This document shows positions 1 through 6,807 of a DNA stretch of 11,475 bases, piece by piece; position 1 is the stretch's first letter, and each line of letters starts with the position of its first letter. A program made the position numbers and the translations under genes. The stretch comes from an archaeon (GTDB lineage Archaea > Nanobdellota > Nanobdellia > Pacearchaeales > GW2011-AR1), in assembly GCA_043810775.1 (NCBI GenBank), contig JBDRNU010000008.1, forward strand, positions 1 through 11,475, in the 5' to 3' direction. The notes under the pieces were generated by a model. It saw only the letters and a list, made by a program, of their open reading frames with translations, was not told the origin of the DNA and searched no databases.

Positions 1-147
1 AAAGGTGTGGTTTGTTGGAACTTTAGGATGCTCAGAAATGCTCATCCACATCCTAAAGCTTCAGGAATGAAAATTCCTGATAGTCATCAAAAATCTTTGA
101 TTTTTGAGAGATATGGTTTTCGCTTAGCATTTCTGACATAAAAATAG
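1..147. mobile_element. Composite palindromic repeat, copy 1 (left part cut by window edge); putative non-autonomous IS200/IS605-like miniature element
   Basis: Matches 3019-3165 at 145/147 nt (mismatches at 9 and 142). Contains nested inverted repeats: TCAGAAATGCT(32-42)/AGCATTTCTGA(126-136), CTTTAGGATG(21-30)/CATCCTAAAG(49-58), TCAGGAAT/ATTCCTGA (61-80) and TCAAAAATC/GATTTTTGA (87-107). The repeat is certain; mobility is inferred. Confidence 0.75.
59..109. repeat. Twin bulged-hairpin unit, copy A
   Basis: CT-TCAGGAAT-gaaa-ATTCCTGA-t-AG followed directly by TC-a-TCAAAAATC-ttt-GATTTTTGA-GA. Same architecture as 5070-5123. Confidence 0.85.
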
Positions 148-226
148 CTATTCTTTAAGGGATGGATTATTTGCCCCCATCTCTGATAATATCATGATTT
201 CCCCCTCTTTTTATCAAGACTTTTAA

Positions 227-475
227 TTATTGTTTATCTTTATGATAAAAATCTAAGAAAACTAATTTATTTTCTTCTTTTAAATAAACATAAGATAATC
301 TAAAGGATCCTATGTAAACTTCTCTTGTACCTTTTCTTACATATCTTATTGGTTTACCTATTTCAGGATTTTCTATTATTTTTTTAATTTTCTTCTTTAT
401 TTGATTAAGAGTAGAATTATCTTTTACTTTAGAAATTCTTCTAAGAAAATTCTCTTTTCTTTCAATATTTAACAT
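227..475 (-). CDS. Type II toxin, RelE/ParE/StbE superfamily
   Basis: 82 aa, basic. ENPEIGKPIR..RKGTREVYIGSFRLSY..LVFLDFYHKD matches the RelE-type pattern. Start overlaps the antitoxin stop. Confidence 0.85.
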   Translation of the reverse strand: MLNIERKENFLRRISKVKDNSTLNQIKKKIKKIIENPEIGKPIRYVRKGTREVYIGSFRLSYVYLKEENKLVFLDFYHKDKQ

Positions 476-738
476 TTTTCCAGTTCTTCTAGAAATTTGT
501 CAGCAGATTGAGAAATAAACTCTCCCTTTTCATAACTTTGCCATGCTTCTTCTGTTCTTTTTGCAAAATCTAAGTCTTCTCTCATTTTTTCAGTTACTCC
601 ACTAACTTTTTTTAAGATAATCCTATCATCATCTTTAATTATCAACAACTCATCACCTTCTTTTAAATTATTTCTCATTTCTGAAGGAATCACAATCTGC
701 CCTTTTGAACTTATCTTTGTTACGTTTATGCTTACCAT
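469..738 (-). CDS. AbrB/MazE/SpoVT-family DNA-binding antitoxin
   Basis: N-terminal TKISSKGQIVIPSEMR..LKEGDELLI swapped-hairpin motif and an acidic C-terminus. Lies directly upstream of the RelE-like gene. Confidence 0.9.
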   Translation of the reverse strand: MVSINVTKISSKGQIVIPSEMRNNLKEGDELLIIKDDDRIILKKVSGVTEKMREDLDFAKRTEEAWQSYEKGEFISQSADKFLEELEKC

Positions 739-834
739 AGTAAGACATATCTTACATAGTATTTAAATATTTCTATTCTAGAAAAAAACTCCCACAAATA
801 CCATCTCCTATTGAAAATGATAGATGCCACAGCC

Positions 835-1002
835 TTAAGGCTTCTTTGCATTTCTTACATTTTTACCTTCTGCCATTAAATTTTTTTCTAAGGCAAGGGC
901 TTGGTCATTAAAAGAAATATTAAATTCATCAGTAGTATCTGGGCCTTCACCTATAAAAGTAGCACTAAAACTACGTTCTTGTGCCTCAAGATACATCACC
1001 AT
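835..1002 (-). CDS. Small hypothetical protein (ATG at 1002 preferred over TTG at 1026)
   Basis: Short ORF filling an intergenic gap, co-oriented with its neighbours. No motif recognised. Confidence 0.4.
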   Translation of the reverse strand: MVMYLEAQERSFSATFIGEGPDTTDEFNISFNDQALALEKNLMAEGKNVRNAKKP

Positions 1003-1083
1003 AGAAGGATTACTAAACAAATACAACGTGGCTCTAGATATTTATTGCAAAAAATAATATAATTGTTTACTTTTAAAGTTTAG

Positions 1084-1524
1084 TTACTCTTCTTTAATAT
1101 CTCTTACTCCAATTCCAATTTTATCTCCATGTATCCATTTATAATCTCCTCTATCGTGGACACGCCTCTCATCAAATACTCCCTGTTCATATCTCAATGC
1201 TATTAACAAACCTAGAGCCATCCTTCTTTTGCATTCAACCATTCCTGCTTCATATAAAACCCCCATTGAGGAATATTCATGTTCACCAATTCTTGTCGTT
1301 AAGTCCATTTCAACACCTAAACAATCCTGTCTCTCAACTTGTCTTGATGTGATGGTAATCTTAGTAGGAAACACACTAACAAATTCATCAAATAATTCAG
1401 GCAATTTAGAATATGATTCACTTGGTATTCCTCTTTCCCATGCTACTGCCTTGTCAAATAAATTTTTTCTTCTTTCTTCTATTGCTTTATCATAATTTTC
1501 TTGCGAGGCGCCTATGTGCAACAT
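1084..1524 (-). CDS. Hypothetical protein
   Basis: 146 aa ORF with natural globular composition and an AT-rich TATA-like sequence upstream. No family recognised. Confidence 0.7.
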   Translation of the reverse strand: MLHIGASQENYDKAIEERRKNLFDKAVAWERGIPSESYSKLPELFDEFVSVFPTKITITSRQVERQDCLGVEMDLTTRIGEHEYSSMGVLYEAGMVECKRRMALGLLIALRYEQGVFDERRVHDRGDYKWIHGDKIGIGVRDIKEE

Positions 1525-1578
1525 AAAACTTATCTATTTATAGGGTTTAAAAAATTATTGTTTTTCTCTTAATAATCA

Positions 1579-2346
1579 CTAATATCTATAAAACAAAACC
1601 AGCTTTCCGCTTTCATCTCTCAAGTATAAGGAATCCCTATCATCATTCCACACCCCGCCGCACCCCTTAATTATTTTTGAGCTCCTAATTACAAGCTCAT
1701 TGCCAGAGCTAATTATTTGAGTAAGCTTATAGAAATGATTTGCATCATCCTTTATCTCCCACCCCTGCAAGTTGCAGTCAAAATTACAGCTGTTTTTCAA
1801 CTTAATATATTCAGCCTCAGCTTCGCACTCACCTTCAGGATTATTTTCAATTTCCTCAAGTTTAATACAGCTTCCGCATTCATCACTGGATTTTTCCCAT
1901 AATCCCACCTCCATTTCTCTTGCTCTTTTTTCAGCTCTCTCAATTTCACTAGTATACTTGGTTTTATCATAATAATATAAAGTTCCTAAGCCATTTCCTG
2001 CAATTTCTTCATTTACCAGCTTCCCCTCATAAAAAACATATCTAAGCTTTCTCTCATATTTATCATCCTCACTTCCATATAGCTCAACCTCACTTCCTTC
2101 TAAATAAGCTAGAAAATCCTTAGCTTCTTCATAGCCAGCTTTGCCTTTTTCGGGAGTATTTATATCAAGTAATCTTATATCTCCCATACTTGTTTCAATA
2201 GTATCCCCGTCAATAATTCTTGTAATATTTGCTAATTCAAAATTATCCTTATCTTGAAAGCCATTATAAAAATATATAAAGCCAGAAAAATTCGCTAATA
2301 CAAGCAAAAATACCAAAATTCCAAGCCAGGTTCTTGCTAATTTCAT
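1579..2346 (-). CDS. Membrane-anchored thermonuclease (SNase) with C-terminal lamin-tail domain
   Basis: N-terminal hydrophobic anchor. SNase motifs IDGDTI, IRLLDINTPE, DKYERKLRYV and AREMEVGLW. LTD-like EYIKLKN..NLQGWEIKD..VWNDDRDSLYLRDESGKLV. Confidence 0.9.
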   Translation of the reverse strand: MKLARTWLGILVFLLVLANFSGFIYFYNGFQDKDNFELANITRIIDGDTIETSMGDIRLLDINTPEKGKAGYEEAKDFLAYLEGSEVELYGSEDDKYERKLRYVFYEGKLVNEEIAGNGLGTLYYYDKTKYTSEIERAEKRAREMEVGLWEKSSDECGSCIKLEEIENNPEGECEAEAEYIKLKNSCNFDCNLQGWEIKDDANHFYKLTQIISSGNELVIRSSKIIKGCGGVWNDDRDSLYLRDESGKLVLFYRY

Positions 2347-2414
2347 AAATAAATAAAGGCATAAGCTTTTTAAACCATATCTATTACTTAATTCAATGAT
2401 AGATAAATTTAATA

Positions 2415-2448
2415 GGAAAGTTAGCCAAGAAAACCTTGGTTGTCAGGC
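2415..2448 (+). promoter_or_regulatory. Conserved 5' leader motif upstream of rpsJ (uninterrupted copy)
   Basis: GGAAAGTTAGCCAAGA-AAACC-tt-GGTTGTCAGGC ends 2 nt before ATG 2451 and recurs at 5054-5142. It can form an AGCCAAG/CTTGGTT stem. Confidence 0.65.
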
Positions 2449-2450
2449 AA

Positions 2451-2762
2451 ATGACATCTAAAGTAAGAATAAAACTAAGTAGTGTCGATATAGACATGCT
2501 TAATCAGATTTGCGATATAATCAAAGATATAGCTGAAAAATCAGGAGTCCCTATTTCAGGGCCAATACCTATTCCTACTAAAAAGCTTAAAATTACTACA
2601 CGAAAATCTCCATGCGGAGACGGTACAGCTACTTTTGATAGGTTTGAGATGAGAATTTACAAGAGAATTATAGACCTTCCTGCCAATGACCGGGTTCTTC
2701 ACGCTATTATGAGAACTTCTATTCCTCGTTCTGTAAGCATTAAAATTGAGATGAAAAACTAG
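2451..2762 (+). CDS. rpsJ: 30S ribosomal protein S10 (uS10), archaeal type
   Basis: RIKLSS..SGPIPIPTKKLKITTRKSPCGDGTATFDRFEMRIYKRIIDL is the archaeal S10 signature. ATG 2451 gives 103 aa. Confidence 0.97.
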   Translation: MTSKVRIKLSSVDIDMLNQICDIIKDIAEKSGVPISGPIPIPTKKLKITTRKSPCGDGTATFDRFEMRIYKRIIDLPANDRVLHAIMRTSIPRSVSIKIEMKN

Positions 2763-2987
2763 AATTTTTAGTTATCATGGTGATATTAATTACCTCATAC
2801 ATTTATAAAGTTTAATGGCTCCTTTTCATAATGGAATTAGAAGTCCTTTCAGAGCAGAAAAGTAAAGGCTTGTCTGATGAGGAACTTTCAGCCATGTTTA
2901 CTGATTCTTTTAAAGGAGGAACCTTAGTTGAATATAAAGATAGAAGAGGATTTACTGAAGAATTTGGCAGGGCAAGAGTTAGTAAAA

Positions 2988-3165
2988 TCAAAAAGTTCCT
3001 TGAGTTTACCACACCTTAAAAGGTGTAGTTTGTTGGAACTTTAGGATGCTCAGAAATGCTCATCCACATCCTAAAGCTTCAGGAATGAAAATTCCTGATA
3101 GTCATCAAAAATCTTTGATTTTTGAGAGATATGGTTTTCGCTTAGCATTTCTGACATAATAATAG
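2988..3165. mobile_element. Composite palindromic repeat, copy 2 (apparently complete; ends approximate)
   Basis: 3019-3165 is near-identical to 1-147. The left hairpin TA-CCACACCT-TAAA-AGGTGTAG-TTTG (3007-3032) is enclosed by AAAGTTCC(2992-2999)/GGAACTTT(3035-3042). It interrupts a reading frame. Confidence 0.75.
3077..3127. repeat. Twin bulged-hairpin unit, copy B
   Basis: Identical to 59-109. Confidence 0.85.
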
Positions 3166-3546
3166 ATGAACTGGAAATAAAAATAGAAACAGATAAGCGC
3201 CTAGAAGGGCAAAGAGGTGGAGCCTCTCTTGAATATCATGATTATAGCAAAATAAGTGCAAGAGTAACTGATGGGGTAATTTATATGGATGTGTCCTATT
3301 TATGGTGTTATGCTCTAGCGCCTAAAGGAATAGAAATACCAAGACCAGAATCTAATAATTAACTAGCCAGCCTCAAAAAAGGAAAAAGGGAAAAAATATC
3401 CCTCATTTCCCCTTAGTCTTTTACAAAATAGCTTTATCATTAGAATTTATAAGCATATAGCCACTTCTAAATATATGTTTAGAAAATTACTTCTAAATAT
3501 ATTCCTTAACCATAATATTTAAATAGTGATTCAAAGCTACATACTC

Positions 3547-3933
3547 ATGGCCACAATAGGAAACTTAGAGCTAAGAACTGGGCAAGAAACCCTATATGCA
3601 TCAAGCACCCATGATGGTGATAGGGCTTATGAAATTCTTCCAAAGTTAGTTAACTTTCTTGATTCAAGAGAAAATCCAACAATCACCCAATTTCAGGATT
3701 GGTTTAAAACAAAATCCAAAGCTCTTTTACCATATAATCATCGTAAAGAATTACTAGGTGGAGCTCCGTGTGAAGTAATAATTGATGTTCCAAGAAAGTT
3801 AGTATTGCATACTGCTCAAGATGAATTCACCACACGTTTTGAAAATGCTTGCATTTTGCTTAGAGAAAAATATAATTATGAAATTCTACCATATACTCCA
3901 CCACTAATAAGAAATTCTCAGGATACTATCTAA
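3547..3933 (+). CDS. Hypothetical protein (ATG 3547 preferred)
   Basis: ~128 aa ORF preceded by TATA-like TTTAAATA at about 3518-3525. No family recognised. Confidence 0.7.
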   Translation: MATIGNLELRTGQETLYASSTHDGDRAYEILPKLVNFLDSRENPTITQFQDWFKTKSKALLPYNHRKELLGGAPCEVIIDVPRKLVLHTAQDEFTTRFENACILLREKYNYEILPYTPPLIRNSQDTI

Positions 3934-3968
3934 AAATCATATTTTACTTAATATTTATCATATTTTAC

Positions 3969-4262
3969 TTAAATTTTCTTGACTTTGCCTAATCCAAACT
4001 TTGACATGCTTGGAGTCAGTGGTTTAAATGGGAATGGTCTCTCATTTGTAACAAATGTCATATATTTCAGGAAAATATATATTTGAGTATTCCAAATTTC
4101 GCAAAAATCTGCAATGCCCTGGTTTCTCTTGTTTGAGAATATAACTACAAAGAAGTTAACTATTCCCAATACTACAACTAGAGCTCTCCAAATTCCAAGT
4201 ATTATTCCTGAAACAATTCCCACCACAATCCTCATCCAGCCTTCTTTTCTTTCACTCATCAT
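3969..4262 (-). CDS. DUF4389-like small membrane protein
   Basis: Hydrophobic hairpin followed by KRNQGIADFCE..YIFLKYMTFVTNERPFPF, resembling DUF4389. A GAGGA SD-like site precedes ATG 4262. Confidence 0.8.
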   Translation of the reverse strand: MMSERKEGWMRIVVGIVSGIILGIWRALVVVLGIVNFFVVIFSNKRNQGIADFCEIWNTQIYIFLKYMTFVTNERPFPFKPLTPSMSKFGLGKVKKI

Positions 4263-4291
4263 TTTATCCTCCTTTTTCAAATATTAGAATA

Positions 4292-4579
4292 TTATTTATT
4301 CAAGCTTTTCCAAAGCACACCTATGATAATTCCAAGTGCAGCACCAACACCTATTCCAATTGAAAAATAACCCCCATTATCAGTTAAATTTCTCATTAGC
4401 AGTCCCAGAGCAATTCCAACAGGAATTCCTATAATAAATCCAGCCACCATGCTGGTCCCGCCAGAGCACTTCCCAGTCTTTTTAAATTCCCTGTCCCTCT
4501 TAACATTTAAGAATAAAGTTATAACTCCGGCTATTAAAAATGCAACTAGTATAATAACTATATCTAATAATAGTGTCAT
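4292..4579 (-). CDS. Small Gly-rich membrane protein (three predicted TM segments; ATG 4579 preferred)
   Basis: Three hydrophobic stretches with GxxxG repeats (GFIIGIPVGIALG; GIGVGAALGIIIG). Confidence 0.7.
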   Translation of the reverse strand: MTLLLDIVIILVAFLIAGVITLFLNVKRDREFKKTGKCSGGTSMVAGFIIGIPVGIALGLLMRNLTDNGGYFSIGIGVGAALGIIIGVLWKSLNK

Positions 4580-4649
4580 GTTTCCTGATATTTTAAAGAA
4601 AAAGCAATATTTAAAAATATGCCTCAATTGTTTTAATCACTTTAAGCAG

Positions 4650-4731
4650 GCCCACGTCGCATAATGGTATTGCACGGGACTGGAACTCCCGGCCCGTTTT
4701 GGGCGTCCAGGTTCGATTCCTGGCGTGGGCG
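4650..4731 (+). tRNA. tRNA-Ser(GGA)
   Basis: Acceptor GCCCACG/CGTGGGC with discriminator G. D arm GCA/TGC. Anticodon stem CGGGA/TCCCG with loop CT-GGA-AC. Long variable arm GCCC/GGGC. T arm CCAGG-TTCGATT-CCTGG. No CCA encoded. Confidence 0.97.
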
Positions 4732-4869
4732 TAAATGGGATTGAACGCAAGTGAAATCCCATCCCACCAGGCTTTGGGCAGAGAATTCTGAAAGTGAATA
4801 AAGGTTCGATTACTTTAATTCATAAGAATTAAATGTCACAGAGAATTTTCATCAGAAAATTGTCAAGTG

Positions 4870-4883
4870 CCTGGCGTGGGCGT
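4870..4883 (+). repeat. Direct repeat of the tRNA-Ser 3' end (att-like)
   Basis: CCTGGCGTGGGCGT is identical at 4719-4732 and 4870-4883, 151 bp apart. Confidence 0.85.
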
Positions 4884-5053
4884 CGAGCGATTTCACGAGG
4901 CAATCTTTATTAATTAAATAACAAGTGAGGTCGCGAGTTTTCTCATTTCTTATTAATTAAATTAAGGTAACAAAGAAACTCAAAGCTTAGCTTTAAATAC
5001 TAATTTAACTATATATATATAATAAATATTAATTAAATATAAGCTATCTAAAG

Positions 5054-5142
5054 GGAAAGTTAGCCAAGACTTCAGAAATAGAAGCATTTCTGAGAGTGCT
5101 CGGAAATCCAAAGATTTCCGACAAAACCGTAGGTTGTCAGGC
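5054..5142 (+). promoter_or_regulatory. Second copy of the rpsJ-type leader, interrupted by a 54 bp insertion
   Basis: GGAAAGTTAGCCAAGA (5054-5069), then the insert, then AAACC-gta-GGTTGTCAGGC (5124-5142) directly before ATG 5143. Confidence 0.65.
5070..5123. mobile_element. Twin bulged-hairpin unit, copy C
   Basis: CT-TCAGAAAT-agaagc-ATTTCTGA-g-AG (27 nt) plus TG-c-TCGGAAATC-caaa-GATTTCCGA-CA (27 nt). Absent from the homologous site at 2430/2431. Confidence 0.75.
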
Positions 5143-5682
5143 ATGGCAAAAAAGGTGAATAAAAAGCAATTATCAGGAAAAAGCTGGAAATCAATTATCC
5201 TTGCACTGGCTATAGCTATAATTCTTACAGCATTTATATTTCAGGTTATTAATACTATATACGAACGTCCTGAATGGACAGACTTCTGCCCAGAATCCCC
5301 TCCACTCTATCTAGATGAGCAAAACTGCACTCTAGCAGGAGGTATGTGGACAGGTTCAGCATTTACAGACCCTTCAATGCCAAAATCAACTGGCTACTGC
5401 GATATAAACTATAAATGCCAAAAAGAATATGAATCAGTAGATGTAGTCTACCGGGAAAAAGTATTTATTATTGCAGTAATCACAGGGCTTATAGTTTTAA
5501 TAGTAGGAATAATCTTAGGGCTACAGAGTGTTTCTCTCGGGTTAATGGGCGGCGGGGTCATCACTATGTTCATAGGAACAATTCAGTACTGGGATAGGCT
5601 TGGAAAATATCTAAGGCTGATAATTCTCGGAGTAGTCTTAGCAATTCTAATCTGGATAGGATACAAGAAACTAAAGCACTGA
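5143..5682 (+). CDS. Hypothetical membrane protein (4 predicted TM segments, Cys-containing extracellular loop)
   Basis: One N-terminal and three C-terminal hydrophobic segments, with four Cys in the loop. ATG 5143 preferred over TTG 5134. Confidence 0.8.
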   Translation: MAKKVNKKQLSGKSWKSIILALAIAIILTAFIFQVINTIYERPEWTDFCPESPPLYLDEQNCTLAGGMWTGSAFTDPSMPKSTGYCDINYKCQKEYESVDVVYREKVFIIAVITGLIVLIVGIILGLQSVSLGLMGGGVITMFIGTIQYWDRLGKYLRLIILGVVLAILIWIGYKKLKH

Positions 5683-6729
5683 TTAAGCAACTCTTACTTC
5701 TAATAAAGGTTTTAGATGAGCTAAATGCTCATGTCCTCTTTCTCGTGAATAAAATCTAGCATCCCATTGGGTAGTAAATTCAACTTTAAGTCTTCTAGTA
5801 AGGTCTTTTTTACAATTATTAAAATAGATTTGAAATCCCTTAAATGTTAAAGGATTGCAACCAACTCCATCAATTTCTGGAGAAAAGCATCCAACTTTAG
5901 TTCTAAAAGCTTGCATTTTTTCAATAATTTCAATCATCTGCATAGCTACTTCATCAGATTTAAGAGGCTTATTTTTACCTTTACTAACTTCTTCTGCCAT
6001 CCTTCTTGTATATTCAGAATTTGGAGAAGCATTAATTCCCATAAAAGTCAAAAACTTTGGCTTAATATATTCAAGAACTAGAGCAGTTTCGTTAACATGC
6101 TCTTCATAAAATCTAGCTCCACCCAATCCAGGCATAATCATCACAGAAGTAGACACTCCAGTATTGCTTATCTCAGCTGCAGCTTTTAAAATATCTTCTT
6201 GAGTTACTCCTTTCTTGACATATTTCATCAAATCAGTAGAGCCAGTTTCAACACCCCAATAAACTAAATCCAAAAGTCCTTTCTCATACAAATCCCAAAG
6301 GCCTCTATCTTTCTTATTTTTTATGCTGTCTGTTCTTCCATAAATTGCAATTCTTCTAGGTCTGTATCCACCATTACTTTTGGCAAATTTATGTCTTGTA
6401 TATTGTAAAGCATCAATTAGCTTATTAGTTTTCACAGCTAAACCATTGCCCCCGCCAACAAATATTCTAGTTAACCTATCAGCTAATTCAGGATGAACTC
6501 TAGCATATACATCATCTACATGTGCCTTATACTCCTCAAGAGTTTTTTCTCTAAATCTAACTCCATCAAAACCTCCGCAATAGGTACATTTCCCATAATT
6601 ACACCCTTCAGTCAGCTCAAACCTAATTACATGCGGAAGTCTTTCAGCTGGAGGTGAAAACATATCTTCAGATGAATATAAACTTCTGTCTTTATACAAA
6701 GTTTCAACTTGTTTGACTTTTCTTGCCAT
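5683..6729 (-). CDS. Radical SAM protein
   Basis: GCNYGKCTYC cluster motif, RIFVGGGN, VYWGVETGS, SVMIMPGLGG. Confidence 0.92.
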   Translation of the reverse strand: MARKVKQVETLYKDRSLYSSEDMFSPPAERLPHVIRFELTEGCNYGKCTYCGGFDGVRFREKTLEEYKAHVDDVYARVHPELADRLTRIFVGGGNGLAVKTNKLIDALQYTRHKFAKSNGGYRPRRIAIYGRTDSIKNKKDRGLWDLYEKGLLDLVYWGVETGSTDLMKYVKKGVTQEDILKAAAEISNTGVSTSVMIMPGLGGARFYEEHVNETALVLEYIKPKFLTFMGINASPNSEYTRRMAEEVSKGKNKPLKSDEVAMQMIEIIEKMQAFRTKVGCFSPEIDGVGCNPLTFKGFQIYFNNCKKDLTRRLKVEFTTQWDARFYSRERGHEHLAHLKPLLEVRVA

Positions 6730-6807
6730 TTCAAAGTTCAGAAACAGCAGTTTAAAAGCTTTTCTGATAATCTAAATCTTTAAAAACCTAGACTTCTATA
6801 CTCAATT

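Larger units (their letters stand above)
2831..3362 (+). pseudogene. Hypothetical gene interrupted by the composite repeat (N-part 2831-~2989, C-part ~3159-3362)
   Basis: The N-terminal ORF stops inside the repeat (TAA 3017-3019). After the repeat, a frame with no early start codon reads IIDELEIKIETDKRLEG...APKGIEIPRPESNN* to 3362. Removing ~169 bp joins the two in frame. Confidence 0.65.

Noticed and set aside
1-147. CRISPR array interpretation of the palindromic repeats
   Set aside because: No regularly spaced identical repeats with unique spacers, and no cas genes.
1229-1972. Plus-strand ORFs 1229-1495, 1717-1902 and 1772-1972
   Set aside because: Antisense shadows of better-supported minus-strand genes, with no motifs.
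2812-3012. Minus-strand 66 aa ORF
   Set aside because: Antisense to the plus-strand ORF at 2831 and starts within the repeat.
4449-4664. Plus-strand 71 aa ORF
   Set aside because: Overlaps a minus-strand membrane gene and the tRNA.
4990-5045. TATATATATA and AT-rich tract
   Set aside because: Low-complexity promoter-like sequence; no specific site can be assigned.
59-5123. Integron attC interpretation of the bulged hairpins
   Set aside because: Extrahelical bases are reminiscent, but there are no RYYYAAC/GTTRRRY boxes, no one-site-per-gene spacing and no integrase.
6574-6604. CX4CX2C spacing in the radical SAM motif
   Set aside because: This spacing (GCxxxKCxFC/YC) is common in this radical SAM subgroup, so it is not novel.
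6738-6767. TCAGAAA...TTTCTGA inverted repeat in the divergent promoter region
   Set aside because: It resembles the hairpin family, but the arm is only 7 bp in AT-rich DNA and there is no partner hairpin. Could be chance or an operator.
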